A stretch of DNA of 24,000 nucleotides. It comes from an uncultured Clostridia bacterium (GTDB taxonomy: Bacteria; Bacillota; Clostridia; Oscillospirales; Oscillospiraceae). Under the pieces are notes generated by a model. That model had not been told where the DNA came from. It saw only the letters and a list, made by a program, of their open reading frames with translations, and made no database searches. The DNA lies in NCBI GenBank assembly GCA_947644595.1, contig CANSAE010000001.1:233605-257604 (forward strand), in the 5' to 3' direction. This document shows positions 15,319 through 23,646 of this stretch, piece by piece. Made by a program: the position numbers and the translations under genes. Numbering within the stretch: the stretch's first letter is position 1; each line of letters begins with the position of its first letter.

Positions 15319-15744
15319 TTATTTAATTCGTGAACATTTTTTGCATTCTGTATAGCCTTGCATTAGGGCGTATTCCAAAGTTACATATTTAGGATTTTTC
15401 ATGCCGGAACATTTTTCATCGCGGTGGTAACGCTTGCCGCCCTCTTCAATGTATACTTTATATGTTCCTGCAAAAGAAGTTTGTGCGGCTGTACTGTGCG
15501 GTAGACTGTGTGGAGTTTCGTGCTTTTCGGCTTGTGACGTAAAGTCTTTTTGGGGGCCAGAATATGAAATTCCGTTTTTTATCCCCGTCTTTTTTCTAAA
15601 CCCGAAAACTCCCAGCACCACGGCAAGCGCAAGGCCGCAAACGCCGGAAGCAATGTCGCCTTCTGCGAAAAGGCTTATTGCCGCAATCAGGCAACACGCC
15701 GAACATACCAGCAACGTAATTTTGATTAGCTTTGATCTGTCCAT
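15319..15744 (-). CDS. Membrane-anchored (2-TM hairpin) protein with C-terminal Zn-ribbon-like H/C-C-C motif; paralogue of the 339..980 N-terminus
   Basis: Track ORF 15319..15870. I prefer ATG 15744, with GAAAGGAG (15763..15756) 11 nt upstream. GDIASGVCGLALAVVLGVFGFRKK aligns with GEIAEGVCGIGIAAVLFFVGLRKK of the other gene. The C-terminal stretch GGKRYHRDEKCSGMKNPKYVTLEYALMQGYTECKKC resembles the small Ada-N-terminal-like Zn module seen on nucleases and DNA-binding proteins (from memory, unverified). Confidence 0.7.
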   Translation of the reverse strand: MDRSKLIKITLLVCSACCLIAAISLFAEGDIASGVCGLALAVVLGVFGFRKKTGIKNGISYSGPQKDFTSQAEKHETPHSLPHSTAAQTSFAGTYKVYIEEGGKRYHRDEKCSGMKNPKYVTLEYALMQGYTECKKCSRIK

Positions 15745-15819
15745 AGTTTGAATAGCTCCTTTCGTGTTTTGTCTTTGGCAACAAGGCCGGAATGCGCCTG
15801 AATTCCAGCCTTTAACACA

Positions 15820-15848
15820 ATTATAGCCGAAGCGCGTGTTAAAGTAAA
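15820..15848 (-). promoter_or_regulatory. Sigma-70-like promoter of the Zn-ribbon cassette: -35 TTTACT (15848..15843), 17-nt spacer, -10 TATAAT (15825..15820)
   Basis: The hexamers and spacing are identical to those at 242..270, but the spacer sequence differs. Confidence 0.55.
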
Positions 15849-15891
15849 GAACTATACTGATTTTTAACACAAAAGATTTTGCGCCTGCTAT

Positions 15892-16460
15892 TCATAGCCC
15901 CATGAACACATCGTCAATATCTGCTTCTTTCTGTTCCTGCTTGAACCGATCCGGATTGAATTCCTTGTGAATGCGAAACAGCGTCAGGATTTTATACGGT
16001 GTCATTTTCCAAACGTCGGCTTCCGGCCAGCGTAGAAGCGTAACCCCGATATAAAGCAGGCGGGCAAGGTCAATTAAGCCTTGCCCGCCGCCGCGTTTTT
16101 TTCCTCTTCGCCGTCTTCGTCTTCTTCGTCTTCCACGGCGGGCGGCTCTGCCGTGCCGCTGTTGCCCATAGCGAAGGCGCGGAAAATCGCCGTGCGCACT
16201 TCGTCGAAGTTGCCCGTGTGGATCATGTGGCCTACCTGTTTTTCGGTCAACGGATCTTCATCGTCCCCCGCGCCCTCATTCAGAAGCAGGGTAAGAAGCC
16301 ACCGAAGATTTTTAATGCTTTCCTTGCCGGAAAGCACTTCGGCCAGCGTGTCAAAGCCGCCGAAGCGGTCTTGCATTTCGTCAAGGACATTCAGGGAAAA
16401 AAGCAAATGCCGTTCTTTGTCAAGGACGATCGGCAAACGCCCGTCTTTAATCGCGCTCAT
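15892..16460 (-). CDS. Tail assembly chaperone GT (about 189 aa, made by a -1 programmed frameshift at 16101..16095)
   Basis: The -1 frame is open from the slippery heptamer to TGA 15894..15892. It reads KKRGGGQGLIDLARLLYIGVTLLRWPEADVWKMTPYKILTLFRIHKEFNPDRFKQEQKEADIDDVFMGL. This frame has no plausible start codon with an RBS of its own. Confidence 0.75.
16060..16101 (-). promoter_or_regulatory. -1 programmed ribosomal frameshift signal: slippery A_AAA_AAC plus a downstream stem-loop
   Basis: The zero frame reads GAG GAA AAA AAC. The heptamer is at 16101..16095, followed by the 6-nt spacer GCGGCG. A perfect 10-bp stem then forms between GCGGGCAAGG (16088..16079) and CCTTGCCCGC (16069..16060). 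Its 9-nt loop contains the G stop codon. Confidence 0.8.
16074..16460 (-). CDS. Tail assembly chaperone G (short product)
   Basis: It lies between the major tail protein and the tape measure. It is 128 aa with an acidic C-terminal tail (VEDEEDEDGEEEK). A slippery site lies 6 codons before its stop. Confidence 0.8.
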   Translation of the reverse strand: MSAIKDGRLPIVLDKERHLLFSLNVLDEMQDRFGGFDTLAEVLSGKESIKNLRWLLTLLLNEGAGDDEDPLTEKQVGHMIHTGNFDEVRTAIFRAFAMGNSGTAEPPAVEDEEDEDGEEEKNAAAGKA

Positions 16461-16469
16461 AACAAAATA

Positions 16470-16497
16470 GGGGAAGCCCCCACGAAGGGGCTTCCCC
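16470..16497 (-). terminator. Intrinsic terminator or attenuator between the major tail protein and chaperone genes
   Basis: A perfect 11-bp stem forms between GGGGAAGCCCC and GGGGCTTCCCC with a 6-nt loop. On the minus strand it is followed by TATTTTGTT, directly before ATG 16460. Confidence 0.6.
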
Positions 16498-16515
16498 GTT
16501 CCTCCTTTTCAGATT

Positions 16516-17076
16516 TTAGGCCGCGTCTTCTTTCGGCTCCCGAACCGCGCTGAACCAGCTTGCCGCCGCCGCTTCCGTGGGAACGGCCACGTGTTCAGCC
16601 TTCCACCGCCCATCCGGGCGTTTGATAAACTGCCCCGTGATCTCCGGTGTGGTGAATTCTATACTGTCGCCCTTCGTGTTATAGCTTTCAGAAGGAATAG
16701 CGAATTTCACCTTGTAAAGCCAAATGTATTTATACATTCCATTGGCCTTCTTTGCCCGGAAGCCGATCGCCATATAGGGCGGTTCGTCCTCTTCGCCCGC
16801 GTATACGACGCCGTCTTCGTCCTGCGTCTGGCCCAAAATGGCCGCAAGGTCAGCGGGCATAAGGTCGTTTACGTTCAACGTCAATTCGCCGGAAACAAAT
16901 TCCTTTACCACTTCGTCCGCGCCATCGTCGGCGTAAAGGATCGCTTCGGCTACCTCTACGGACATTTCCGCGCTAATGGCCTTCGCCATGCGCACGGGCG
17001 TTCCGTATGTTTCCTTGCCGCTTTCGTCAACCGTGATCGGCGCACGGTAAAGATCACGCAAACCAATAGTTGCCAT
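16516..17076 (-). CDS. Major tail protein (phi13-like family)
   Basis: MATIGLRDLYRAPI...YMAIGFRAKKANGMYKYIWLYKVKF is typical of this family. ATG 17076 has GGAGG 9 nt upstream. The track start at 17112 is probably too early. Confidence 0.85.
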   Translation of the reverse strand: MATIGLRDLYRAPITVDESGKETYGTPVRMAKAISAEMSVEVAEAILYADDGADEVVKEFVSGELTLNVNDLMPADLAAILGQTQDEDGVVYAGEEDEPPYMAIGFRAKKANGMYKYIWLYKVKFAIPSESYNTKGDSIEFTTPEITGQFIKRPDGRWKAEHVAVPTEAAAASWFSAVREPKEDAA

Positions 17077-17081
17077 AGTTT

Positions 17082-17426
17082 TTATACCTCCGTTTTTTCG
17101 TAGTATCTGCATTCAATGGGGACGTGATAAAAGCCCGTGTCCGTTTCGTAGGCTTCCGGATCAATCACGATCCCATAGAAGCCCGCGGCCTTCAACGCCC
17201 GCTTCGTCCGGCGCAACAAGGCTATATAATCCCGCTTTGAATAAAGGTCAACGCGGTATGTGTATTCCGTCCCCTGCATTTCGTCTTCTGCCGCGTCCCT
17301 ATCTTCCGAAGAAACAAGCTGATACGTGAAGAATGTGCCAGCCTTCCCGCGGTAAAGCAGGCGCGCCACATTCGGGCAAAGGGCGGCAAGCGTGGATTTT
17401 ACCAGCGCGTCCACGGTGTCAATCAT
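17082..17426 (-). CDS. Tail completion / tail terminator-like protein (DUF3168-like)
   Basis: It is called by size and by its position between the gp10-like gene and the major tail gene. ATG 17426 overlaps the upstream stop as ATGA and is preceded by GGAGGAGGAG. Confidence 0.6.
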   Translation of the reverse strand: MIDTVDALVKSTLAALCPNVARLLYRGKAGTFFTYQLVSSEDRDAAEDEMQGTEYTYRVDLYSKRDYIALLRRTKRALKAAGFYGIVIDPEAYETDTGFYHVPIECRYYEKTEV

Positions 17427-17830
17427 CCTTGCTCCTCCTCCCACGCTTTCCGCATTGCGTCTCGAACTTCCGGCGTTGCCTTTTGATTAGAACGGGTAAA
17501 CCACGGGCGCGCGGGCATATTGGATCGCCCGTATTGGTGGACAAATCCCACCGTGGCGTTACGCTCCCCGCGGCGGTTTGTCCCGTGTGGATATACCTCC
17601 ACGCATTGCGCGCTGTCCTTCTGCCTTATCCTTGTTTGTTTAATGGAATTTGCAAGATCACCCGTTGCCCTTTCGCCCCGGAAAGTGCTGCGGATTTCCT
17701 CTTGCTGTACCCTCACCAGCACCGCCGCGCCAGCTTTCAGCATTTTCGGAACAGCTCTTGCCGCCCGTTCACTCTGCCGCATAAGCGCGGCTTCTGCCGC
17801 CTCAATGCCGCTAACTTCAAACCGCGCCAC
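17423..17830 (-). CDS. HK97 gp10-family tail component
   Basis: MARFEVSGIEAAEAAL...VQQEEI...YGRSNMPARPWF matches the HK97 gp10 family pattern. The start is GTG with GGAGG 8 nt upstream. Confidence 0.75.
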   Translation of the reverse strand: MARFEVSGIEAAEAALMRQSERAARAVPKMLKAGAAVLVRVQQEEIRSTFRGERATGDLANSIKQTRIRQKDSAQCVEVYPHGTNRRGERNATVGFVHQYGRSNMPARPWFTRSNQKATPEVRDAMRKAWEEEQG

Positions 17831-18197
17831 CGTCCCCGCCTCCTTCCTGTTCGCCGCTATCCGGCTCTTCGTCTTCCTGCACTTCCGGAAGATCGGAAAG
17901 CGTCAATTCCGTTATGTCCGTATTCTTCGGATCGCGGTATGTCCGCAATATCCGGTATCGCACGCCGTCCACTTCGGCCAGCTTTTGCCCGCCGTACTCT
18001 TCCGTGTATACGTCAACCTTCAATTCCGCGGCGTAACCCGCAACCGCGGCTTTGTAGAACTCCGAAAAGCCCACGGATTTCTTGTTGCCGAAAAGCACCG
18101 TGCGCGTTTCCTTCGGTTCATTCGGGAAGCCGTTTGCGTTCACCCGCTCTTCGGGGGCTTCCAGGTTGATCAAGGTAATTTCATCAATCCACCGCAT
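17817..18197 (-). CDS. Head closure / head-tail adaptor protein (SPP1 gp16-like)
   Basis: RTVLFGNKKSVGFSEFYKAAVAGYAAELKVDVYTEEYGGQKLAEVDGVRYRILRTY matches the Phage_H_T_join pattern. The gene order also supports the call. Confidence 0.75.
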   Translation of the reverse strand: MRWIDEITLINLEAPEERVNANGFPNEPKETRTVLFGNKKSVGFSEFYKAAVAGYAAELKVDVYTEEYGGQKLAEVDGVRYRILRTYRDPKNTDITELTLSDLPEVQEDEEPDSGEQEGGGDGGAV

Positions 18198-18483
18198 GAT
18201 AACCCCCTGCCAAACTCAAAGAACACTTCAAGTAATCATAGGCGGCGCGGTATTTCTCGCTATCGTCGCTATACCCGAAGTTTGCCTTTGCGTATAGGAT
18301 AATCGCCCGCGTGATAAGAGGATCACCCGCCGAAGGTGAACCGCCTTCGGCGGGCGGCTGATCCTCCGGAACGTTCACACCGACAAGGCGCAAATCAGCC
18401 TTGCAAGCGTCAATCAGTCCTTGCACTTCATCGTCGAAGGCGGTTGTTTTCACACGCAAGGCGGCCTTTACCTTGTCCAGCAT
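18184..18483 (-). CDS. Head-tail connector protein (gp6-like)
   Basis: 99 aa, immediately after the capsid gene. The pattern is LDKVKAALRV...DDEVQGLIDACKADL. Confidence 0.7.
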   Translation of the reverse strand: MLDKVKAALRVKTTAFDDEVQGLIDACKADLRLVGVNVPEDQPPAEGGSPSAGDPLITRAIILYAKANFGYSDDSEKYRAAYDYLKCSLSLAGGYHAVD

Positions 18484-18507
18484 TTCCCGTTCACTCCTTC
18501 CGTGCTA

Positions 18508-19743
18508 TTACCCGTTGCCGCCTCCACCGCCGCCAGAAGACGGCGCGGCATAGGCGATCGTAACAAGGGAATTCTTGTCAACAACCTTGCCGTCAACAAG
18601 CATAATCGCCTTTGTCACCTGATCGTCGGTGTCGTTGTCCTCATACTTCTTCACGGTCATAGTGTAGTTGGTATTCAGCACATAGTCCTTGAAGTTGAAG
18701 AGGAACGCGAACACGGTTGCCGCGGTCATGCCGGAAGTGTAGGACGGCACATAATCGCAACATACCACGGGGCGGCCCAAAAGCATTCTTTCCGGCCTGC
18801 CCGCGATCCCGTAATTGGTCTTGCCGATCGGCTGTCCCACTTCGTCCACCATGCCCGCGTACTGCATGAAGGTTTTTTTGCTCATGCACCACACCGCGCC
18901 GTTTTCGTATGCCTGCGGCAACGCGCCTTCGGCGGCCACAAGGTCAGCATACGCGGGCGCGCTGGAAGTCAACGCCTGCCCTTCGGGGGCGGTTTCGGAA
19001 AGAATGCCCTTCGGCTTCCCGCTCCCATCGCCGGAAACAATGGCCTGTTCCGTGGCCTTCGTCATAGCCTCCACAACGTTATTGGTAAGCGTCGCTTCAA
19101 ACGCGGACAAGGCCATAACGTCCACTTCCAGCGACACGGCCACGGCGCACCGCAACTTGTGGTAAGCAAAGGTAATGCTTCCCGTGGCCTTCTTCTGCTT
19201 GTCGCTCCCCGCGCCCTCTGCAACCCACGTCGCAACAGGCTTCGCGCTGGAAGTCGGGATAGAAACGCCGCCCTTGTAGGCCGTGCGCGTCACCAGCGGA
19301 AGGATCATGCCCACGGCTTCCATTTTCTCAATGATCTTGTTCAAGGTCGTTGTGGGGATTGCCGCGCCGTTGTCCGCGGTTGTAGAAACGGCGTTTGCGC
19401 GGAACTCTGCCGGAATGGGCGTGCCGCGCAAAGCGTAGTCCATGAACGCGCGGCGGTATTCCATACTGTCCAGCGGGTCAGCTTCCCCGCGCTGTTCACC
19501 GCCAGCAGGGGCGGCGGGGGAAGGGAAGGAACGAACCACCGCGCCGCCGCTTGTGCCTTCCGCAATGGAAGCCAGAAGGGAAGAACGCTGTTCGGCGGCG
19601 GCCAGCAGACCCGCCCTCTCGGTTTTCAGATCGTCAACCTCCTTCGTGAGCGCGGCCAACTGCTCCGCGGTCAGCTCCGCGCCCCTCTCTTCGATCTCCT
19701 TCTTGATCGCCGCAAGGCGGGCTTCGATTTCCTGCAATCTCAT
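18508..19743 (-). CDS. Major capsid protein, HK97 family
   Basis: 411 aa with an N-terminal coiled-coil delta-like region (RLQEIEARLAAIKKEIEERGAELTAEQLAAL). It follows the prohead protease. GGAGG lies 9 nt upstream of ATG 19743. Confidence 0.92.
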   Translation of the reverse strand: MRLQEIEARLAAIKKEIEERGAELTAEQLAALTKEVDDLKTERAGLLAAAEQRSSLLASIAEGTSGGAVVRSFPSPAAPAGGEQRGEADPLDSMEYRRAFMDYALRGTPIPAEFRANAVSTTADNGAAIPTTTLNKIIEKMEAVGMILPLVTRTAYKGGVSIPTSSAKPVATWVAEGAGSDKQKKATGSITFAYHKLRCAVAVSLEVDVMALSAFEATLTNNVVEAMTKATEQAIVSGDGSGKPKGILSETAPEGQALTSSAPAYADLVAAEGALPQAYENGAVWCMSKKTFMQYAGMVDEVGQPIGKTNYGIAGRPERMLLGRPVVCCDYVPSYTSGMTAATVFAFLFNFKDYVLNTNYTMTVKKYEDNDTDDQVTKAIMLVDGKVVDKNSLVTIAYAAPSSGGGGGGNG

Positions 19744-19747
19744 GTTG

Positions 19748-20368
19748 TCATACCTCCAATAAAATTTTTAGTTTCAATAGCTGTGCCTGCCGCGCTAACG
19801 CCTCCCGCCTCTCTGCTTCGATCACTCCGTCGAAGTAGGAACGCGCGGCAATATCGGTATCGACGTTTGCGGGATAAGATACCGCGGAAACGTCGTAAAC
19901 CTTCTTGATCCGCAAGATTGTTCGCGTGTGCGTGTCTTTGTTGTATGCGTCTTCCGCAACCCTGAACGCCCACGACATTTTATAAATCAACCCCGCGTCG
20001 ATCGTGCTGTAAAGTTTCCGGGCCTCTTCGGTAAGGCCCAAATTTGCGGCAATAAAAAGGCCGCTTTCCTGCGGTTCAACCAGCAGGGAAGGCGGCTTGC
20101 TTTTTGCCATCTTGTTTCGTGCGTACACCATGCCCGCGTGATCGTACTGCATAATCACGTCGGACAAATCCGCGCCCGCAAGGGCGTTCCGGTCTACCAC
20201 TTCAAAGTATTGCACCCCGTCGTATTCATACAGCAAATACGGCGTGTCAAAGGTTGTTGCGAAGCCTTCAACGTAAAAATCCGTGTCAAACCTCTTCGCC
20301 GTCCCCGTCGCCGCCGTCGCCAGCGGTAACGCCATCTGTCGGTATTCCCGATCCTTCACTATCGGCAC
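19748..20368 (-). CDS. Prohead serine protease, HK97 family
   Basis: FYVEGFATTFDTPYLL...DVIMQYDHAGMVYARN fits the family, and the gene lies between portal and capsid. The track start at 20389 is TTG. GTG 20368 follows AAAGGAGGGGG and is preferred. The start is uncertain, and the gene overlaps the portal 3' end. Confidence 0.85.
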   Translation of the reverse strand: MPIVKDREYRQMALPLATAATGTAKRFDTDFYVEGFATTFDTPYLLYEYDGVQYFEVVDRNALAGADLSDVIMQYDHAGMVYARNKMAKSKPPSLLVEPQESGLFIAANLGLTEEARKLYSTIDAGLIYKMSWAFRVAEDAYNKDTHTRTILRIKKVYDVSAVSYPANVDTDIAARSYFDGVIEAERREALARQAQLLKLKILLEV

Positions 20369-21521
20369 TTGTGGCCCCCTCCTTTCCAAGCTGTGAAATT
20401 TCTGTGTACTCTTTGCGGATATAGTATTTTTCGCCGCCCTCTACGTGCGCCATGTTCCAAATGTCCATAACGCCGTTTCGGTTCAGCAACCCGCGGTCAA
20501 AAAGCTGTGTGGAAATATTCAGCTTCGTTTGATTGCTTGCGTATTGAAGCCTGTTCGCCGTGAACGTGATTGCGTTGCCGTGGGCGATCTCCCGCGGCGT
20601 AAAGGTCATATTCGACATAACAAGTGAAAGTTGCAGGGCGAACGGCTCAATTTTACCTTCATAGTACGCGTTCCATTGGTCTTCGGTATACCTGTTTTGC
20701 AGGATTTCAAGACAAGTCCCGAAGTAGTTAAACACGTTTTCGTTGATCTGTTGCATTTGAAGGGCGTTCACCGTGAAAGGCTTGCTATCAACCTGTTTCA
20801 CGTCTGCAAATTTCTGATCGTAGATAATCATGCCGCTTTGATTGTCTGCGGAAAGGTTGTCTTCGGTGAAGCGTTTGCGCTCCTTCGCTATGTCTTCCGG
20901 CGCAAGCATATTCGCAATTTTCGCCAGAAAGCGAATAGAAGCCGAATTCTTCACACCGTTTATGATCCCCTGATTTTGCGTGTGGATCAACTGCATTGTG
21001 GGGCGCAAGGCCGCGTTTGTTTCGCCGAAAAAATCATCTGAATACTGAAATTGTGTCAGCACGCCCACGCGGTCAAACTCGATCGCCGCCCGCTGTCCGT
21101 TTGAGAACGTATAGCGCAAGTATGGCACGCCGTCCACGTCTAACACTTCGCAATTCTGCGGCAATAGGGGATAATACCCCACAAGGCCGCCGAATTCGTC
21201 TTCTATTGGCACAATGAAGGCGGTATTGTTCACCGCAAGGATCGTCGCCACGCGGTAAATAAACTTCGTTGTGTCCTGAAACGGGTTAGGCTTAAACTGC
21301 AACGTGCGTTCAAGGTGCTTCTTCGCGCTCCCCGATATTTCCGGCTTCAATTTACTGCAAAAGGACGCGAACGAATGAATAGCCGCCCGCGTGATCTCCA
21401 TTTCGTAGACGCTTTCCGGCGCGTTTGTGAAAACGGGCGTGTACCCGTTCAGCATTTTGAAATAGCCTGTTGGCACAAGATCGCTCTTCGGCCTCCGGAA
21501 AATAGTTTCAAACACTCCCAT
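20286..21521 (-). CDS. Portal protein, HK97 family
   Basis: About 410 aa, directly after terL, with an acidic C-terminal tail. The track start at 21533 is GTG with no RBS. ATG 21521 (MGVFETIF...) is preferred. Confidence 0.9.
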   Translation of the reverse strand: MGVFETIFRRPKSDLVPTGYFKMLNGYTPVFTNAPESVYEMEITRAAIHSFASFCSKLKPEISGSAKKHLERTLQFKPNPFQDTTKFIYRVATILAVNNTAFIVPIEDEFGGLVGYYPLLPQNCEVLDVDGVPYLRYTFSNGQRAAIEFDRVGVLTQFQYSDDFFGETNAALRPTMQLIHTQNQGIINGVKNSASIRFLAKIANMLAPEDIAKERKRFTEDNLSADNQSGMIIYDQKFADVKQVDSKPFTVNALQMQQINENVFNYFGTCLEILQNRYTEDQWNAYYEGKIEPFALQLSLVMSNMTFTPREIAHGNAITFTANRLQYASNQTKLNISTQLFDRGLLNRNGVMDIWNMAHVEGGEKYYIRKEYTEISQLGKEGATSADSEGSGIPTDGVTAGDGGDGDGEEV

Positions 21522-21529
21522 TTGACAAA

Positions 21530-23182
21530 TCACCCCGCATTTTTTAGCATTACGCCGATTTCGTTATAGTATTTCTGCCGGACGGTCATTGCGTCGATCA
21601 CCGACACAAAGCCGTCAATGCGCGCCCGCTGTTCGATTTTAACCGGACGGAACTTCCGCGTTTCCATGTTGTGTTTTAAGGCCACGTTCAGGAAATGCGC
21701 CTTTAGCAAGCTGTTATCCGCGATCTTGAAATTGCCATCAAGCAAAATCCCTTCAAATTCACGGATCACGCCCGCCAGATTTTCCCCTTGAAAAACGTCG
21801 TCCATGTGGAAGCCATAGGCGCGCATATCGTCAACCAGGTATTGCGCGCTATAACGGTCATAGCCCACTTTAAGCACGTATATTTCGTATTTTTCTTTCA
21901 GCATGACGAACCAATTATACACGTCCTTATAGTCAACGTAATTTTCGCCGGAAAGCGTTATAATACCCTTCTGCACAAAAAGGGCATACGGCACGCCGTC
22001 GATTGCCGTTGCCCGCTCGACGCGGTTTGCGGGCATGAAGAACTGTGTAAACGCATACAGCTTCCCGCCCCGCTCCACGATCACCGTTGCCGCCGTCAAG
22101 TCCGTTGTTTGCGAAAGGTCAATGCCGCCCACGGCATAGGTTTTCCGGAAGTCTGCAAGTGTGATTTCTGCCGCCGAACCTTCTACAACGTGCGCGTCAA
22201 GCCATGCAATAGAAGAATTCTGCTTGATATTGCAATACTTCGTCAGGAATTCGGCCTTTTTGCTTGCGGACATTTCCGCAACCGCTATTTCCTCGCGGAA
22301 GAAGTCTTCCGACACGGAAACGCCCATATTCGGGTTTGCCTTTTTCAGCTCTTCAATATCGTTCCAGCGTTCCACATCGTCAATCATGTATAGGAACGGC
22401 AAAAGGCGGCGTTCCTTGCTGTTGCCCTTCAAGAAGGCCGTGGATCGCTTCGTCAATTCATCAAAAATCCCGTCGTTTTCATATCCCGCCGTGCTGATTG
22501 ATAGGATCAAGGGTTGCCGCCGCGCGCCAAGCGCGGATTTCATAACTTCGTACTGCTTCAACCCGCCGTCGCCGCGCCAGCTTGCCACTTCGTCATTGAC
22601 AACCAAATGCGGGTTAAAGCCGTCTGATTTCTTCGCGTTGAAGGCCAGCGGCTTTATAACCGTGTTTGCCTCTTCAATGTAAATATCGGAACGCCGCTTT
22701 TTGGATAGCTCCGAAAGCTCCGGTTCCTTCTTTATCATCTGAAAGAAGTTATCATAGACAATGTTTGCTTGTTCCAGCTTCGGCGCAAGGCAATATATTT
22801 TCGCTCCGTATTCGCCATCTAAATAGGCCATGTACGCAATCACCGCCGAAGCAAAAAGCGTCTTGCCGTTCTTCCGGCCTATGACAATGAAGACTTCGCG
22901 GAACACGCGCAAGCCGTCTGCGTCCACAATCCCGAAGATCACGGAAACACAAGCCTTTTGCCACACTTCCAGTTTCAAAAGATCGTCCCGGCCTTCGCAA
23001 TGGTGACAAAAATTCTCTATGAAGCGAATTGCCTTGTTTGCCTTCTTCGCGTTGAAGAAATATTCCCCGCGTTCAAGCCCTGCAATGACAATTTCATAAA
23101 TCAGCCGAACCCACTTGCCAACCGTATATTTTCCCGTCTGAATGCCCGAAAAATATTCGTAAATGTAGTTTGCAAACGGCAT
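21530..23182 (-). CDS. terL: Terminase large subunit
   Basis: 550 aa. The Walker A-like stretch is VIGRKNGKTLFASAV, and the nuclease half ends with ...DGFVSVIDA. The ATG directly abuts the terS TAA. Confidence 0.95.
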   Translation of the reverse strand: MPFANYIYEYFSGIQTGKYTVGKWVRLIYEIVIAGLERGEYFFNAKKANKAIRFIENFCHHCEGRDDLLKLEVWQKACVSVIFGIVDADGLRVFREVFIVIGRKNGKTLFASAVIAYMAYLDGEYGAKIYCLAPKLEQANIVYDNFFQMIKKEPELSELSKKRRSDIYIEEANTVIKPLAFNAKKSDGFNPHLVVNDEVASWRGDGGLKQYEVMKSALGARRQPLILSISTAGYENDGIFDELTKRSTAFLKGNSKERRLLPFLYMIDDVERWNDIEELKKANPNMGVSVSEDFFREEIAVAEMSASKKAEFLTKYCNIKQNSSIAWLDAHVVEGSAAEITLADFRKTYAVGGIDLSQTTDLTAATVIVERGGKLYAFTQFFMPANRVERATAIDGVPYALFVQKGIITLSGENYVDYKDVYNWFVMLKEKYEIYVLKVGYDRYSAQYLVDDMRAYGFHMDDVFQGENLAGVIREFEGILLDGNFKIADNSLLKAHFLNVALKHNMETRKFRPVKIEQRARIDGFVSVIDAMTVRQKYYNEIGVMLKNAG

Positions 23183-23536
23183 TTATTCGTCCCGTAACGC
23201 CTGCAAGCGGCTTTCCTTTTTCTTTTCAGGCGGCACAAGATCGGTTAACTGTTTTATAATCGAAGCATGATTTTTCGTCATTGCAATATGGGTTTTTACT
23301 GCGTCGCTCTGCTTCGTCCCCTTCTGATTTTCGCCGTTCTGGTATTCGACGGTGTAGCCTTCGGCGTTGATAATTTCTTGTAGCTCTTCCAGCGAAACGG
23401 CCATGAACGCGGCATTTTTTATCAGGCTTTCTACGGTCTGCAACTTGTTTTTGTCCAAGTCACGGAAAACCCTTTTAAGCCGCGCGATCTCCCGCTTGAT
23501 CCGCTGATCCTTCGTCAAGTCCTTCTTTGCCGCCAT
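23183..23536 (-). CDS. terS: Terminase small subunit (P27 family)
   Basis: MAAKKDLTKDQRIKREIARLKRVFRDL...AFMAVSLEELQEIINAEGYTVEYQNG is typical of P27-family terS. ATG 23536 has AAAGGGGG 8 nt upstream. The track start at 23587 is probably too early. Confidence 0.85.
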   Translation of the reverse strand: MAAKKDLTKDQRIKREIARLKRVFRDLDKNKLQTVESLIKNAAFMAVSLEELQEIINAEGYTVEYQNGENQKGTKQSDAVKTHIAMTKNHASIIKQLTDLVPPEKKKESRLQALRDE

Positions 23537-23646
23537 AAAAAACGCCCCCTTTCTTCCAGCCTCTACCACACCCCCCACCGCGTACACCCGTTATGCGCGC
23601 GCCTGCGGAGTTTTTTTATCCTCCCGCCCTCGGTGTTTCCCCCTCC

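Noticed and set aside
18421-19908. A 495-aa plus-strand ORF.
   Set aside because: It is antisense to the HK97-type major capsid gene. It has Arg/Gly/His-rich junk composition. Long open antisense frames are expected in GC-rich coding DNA.
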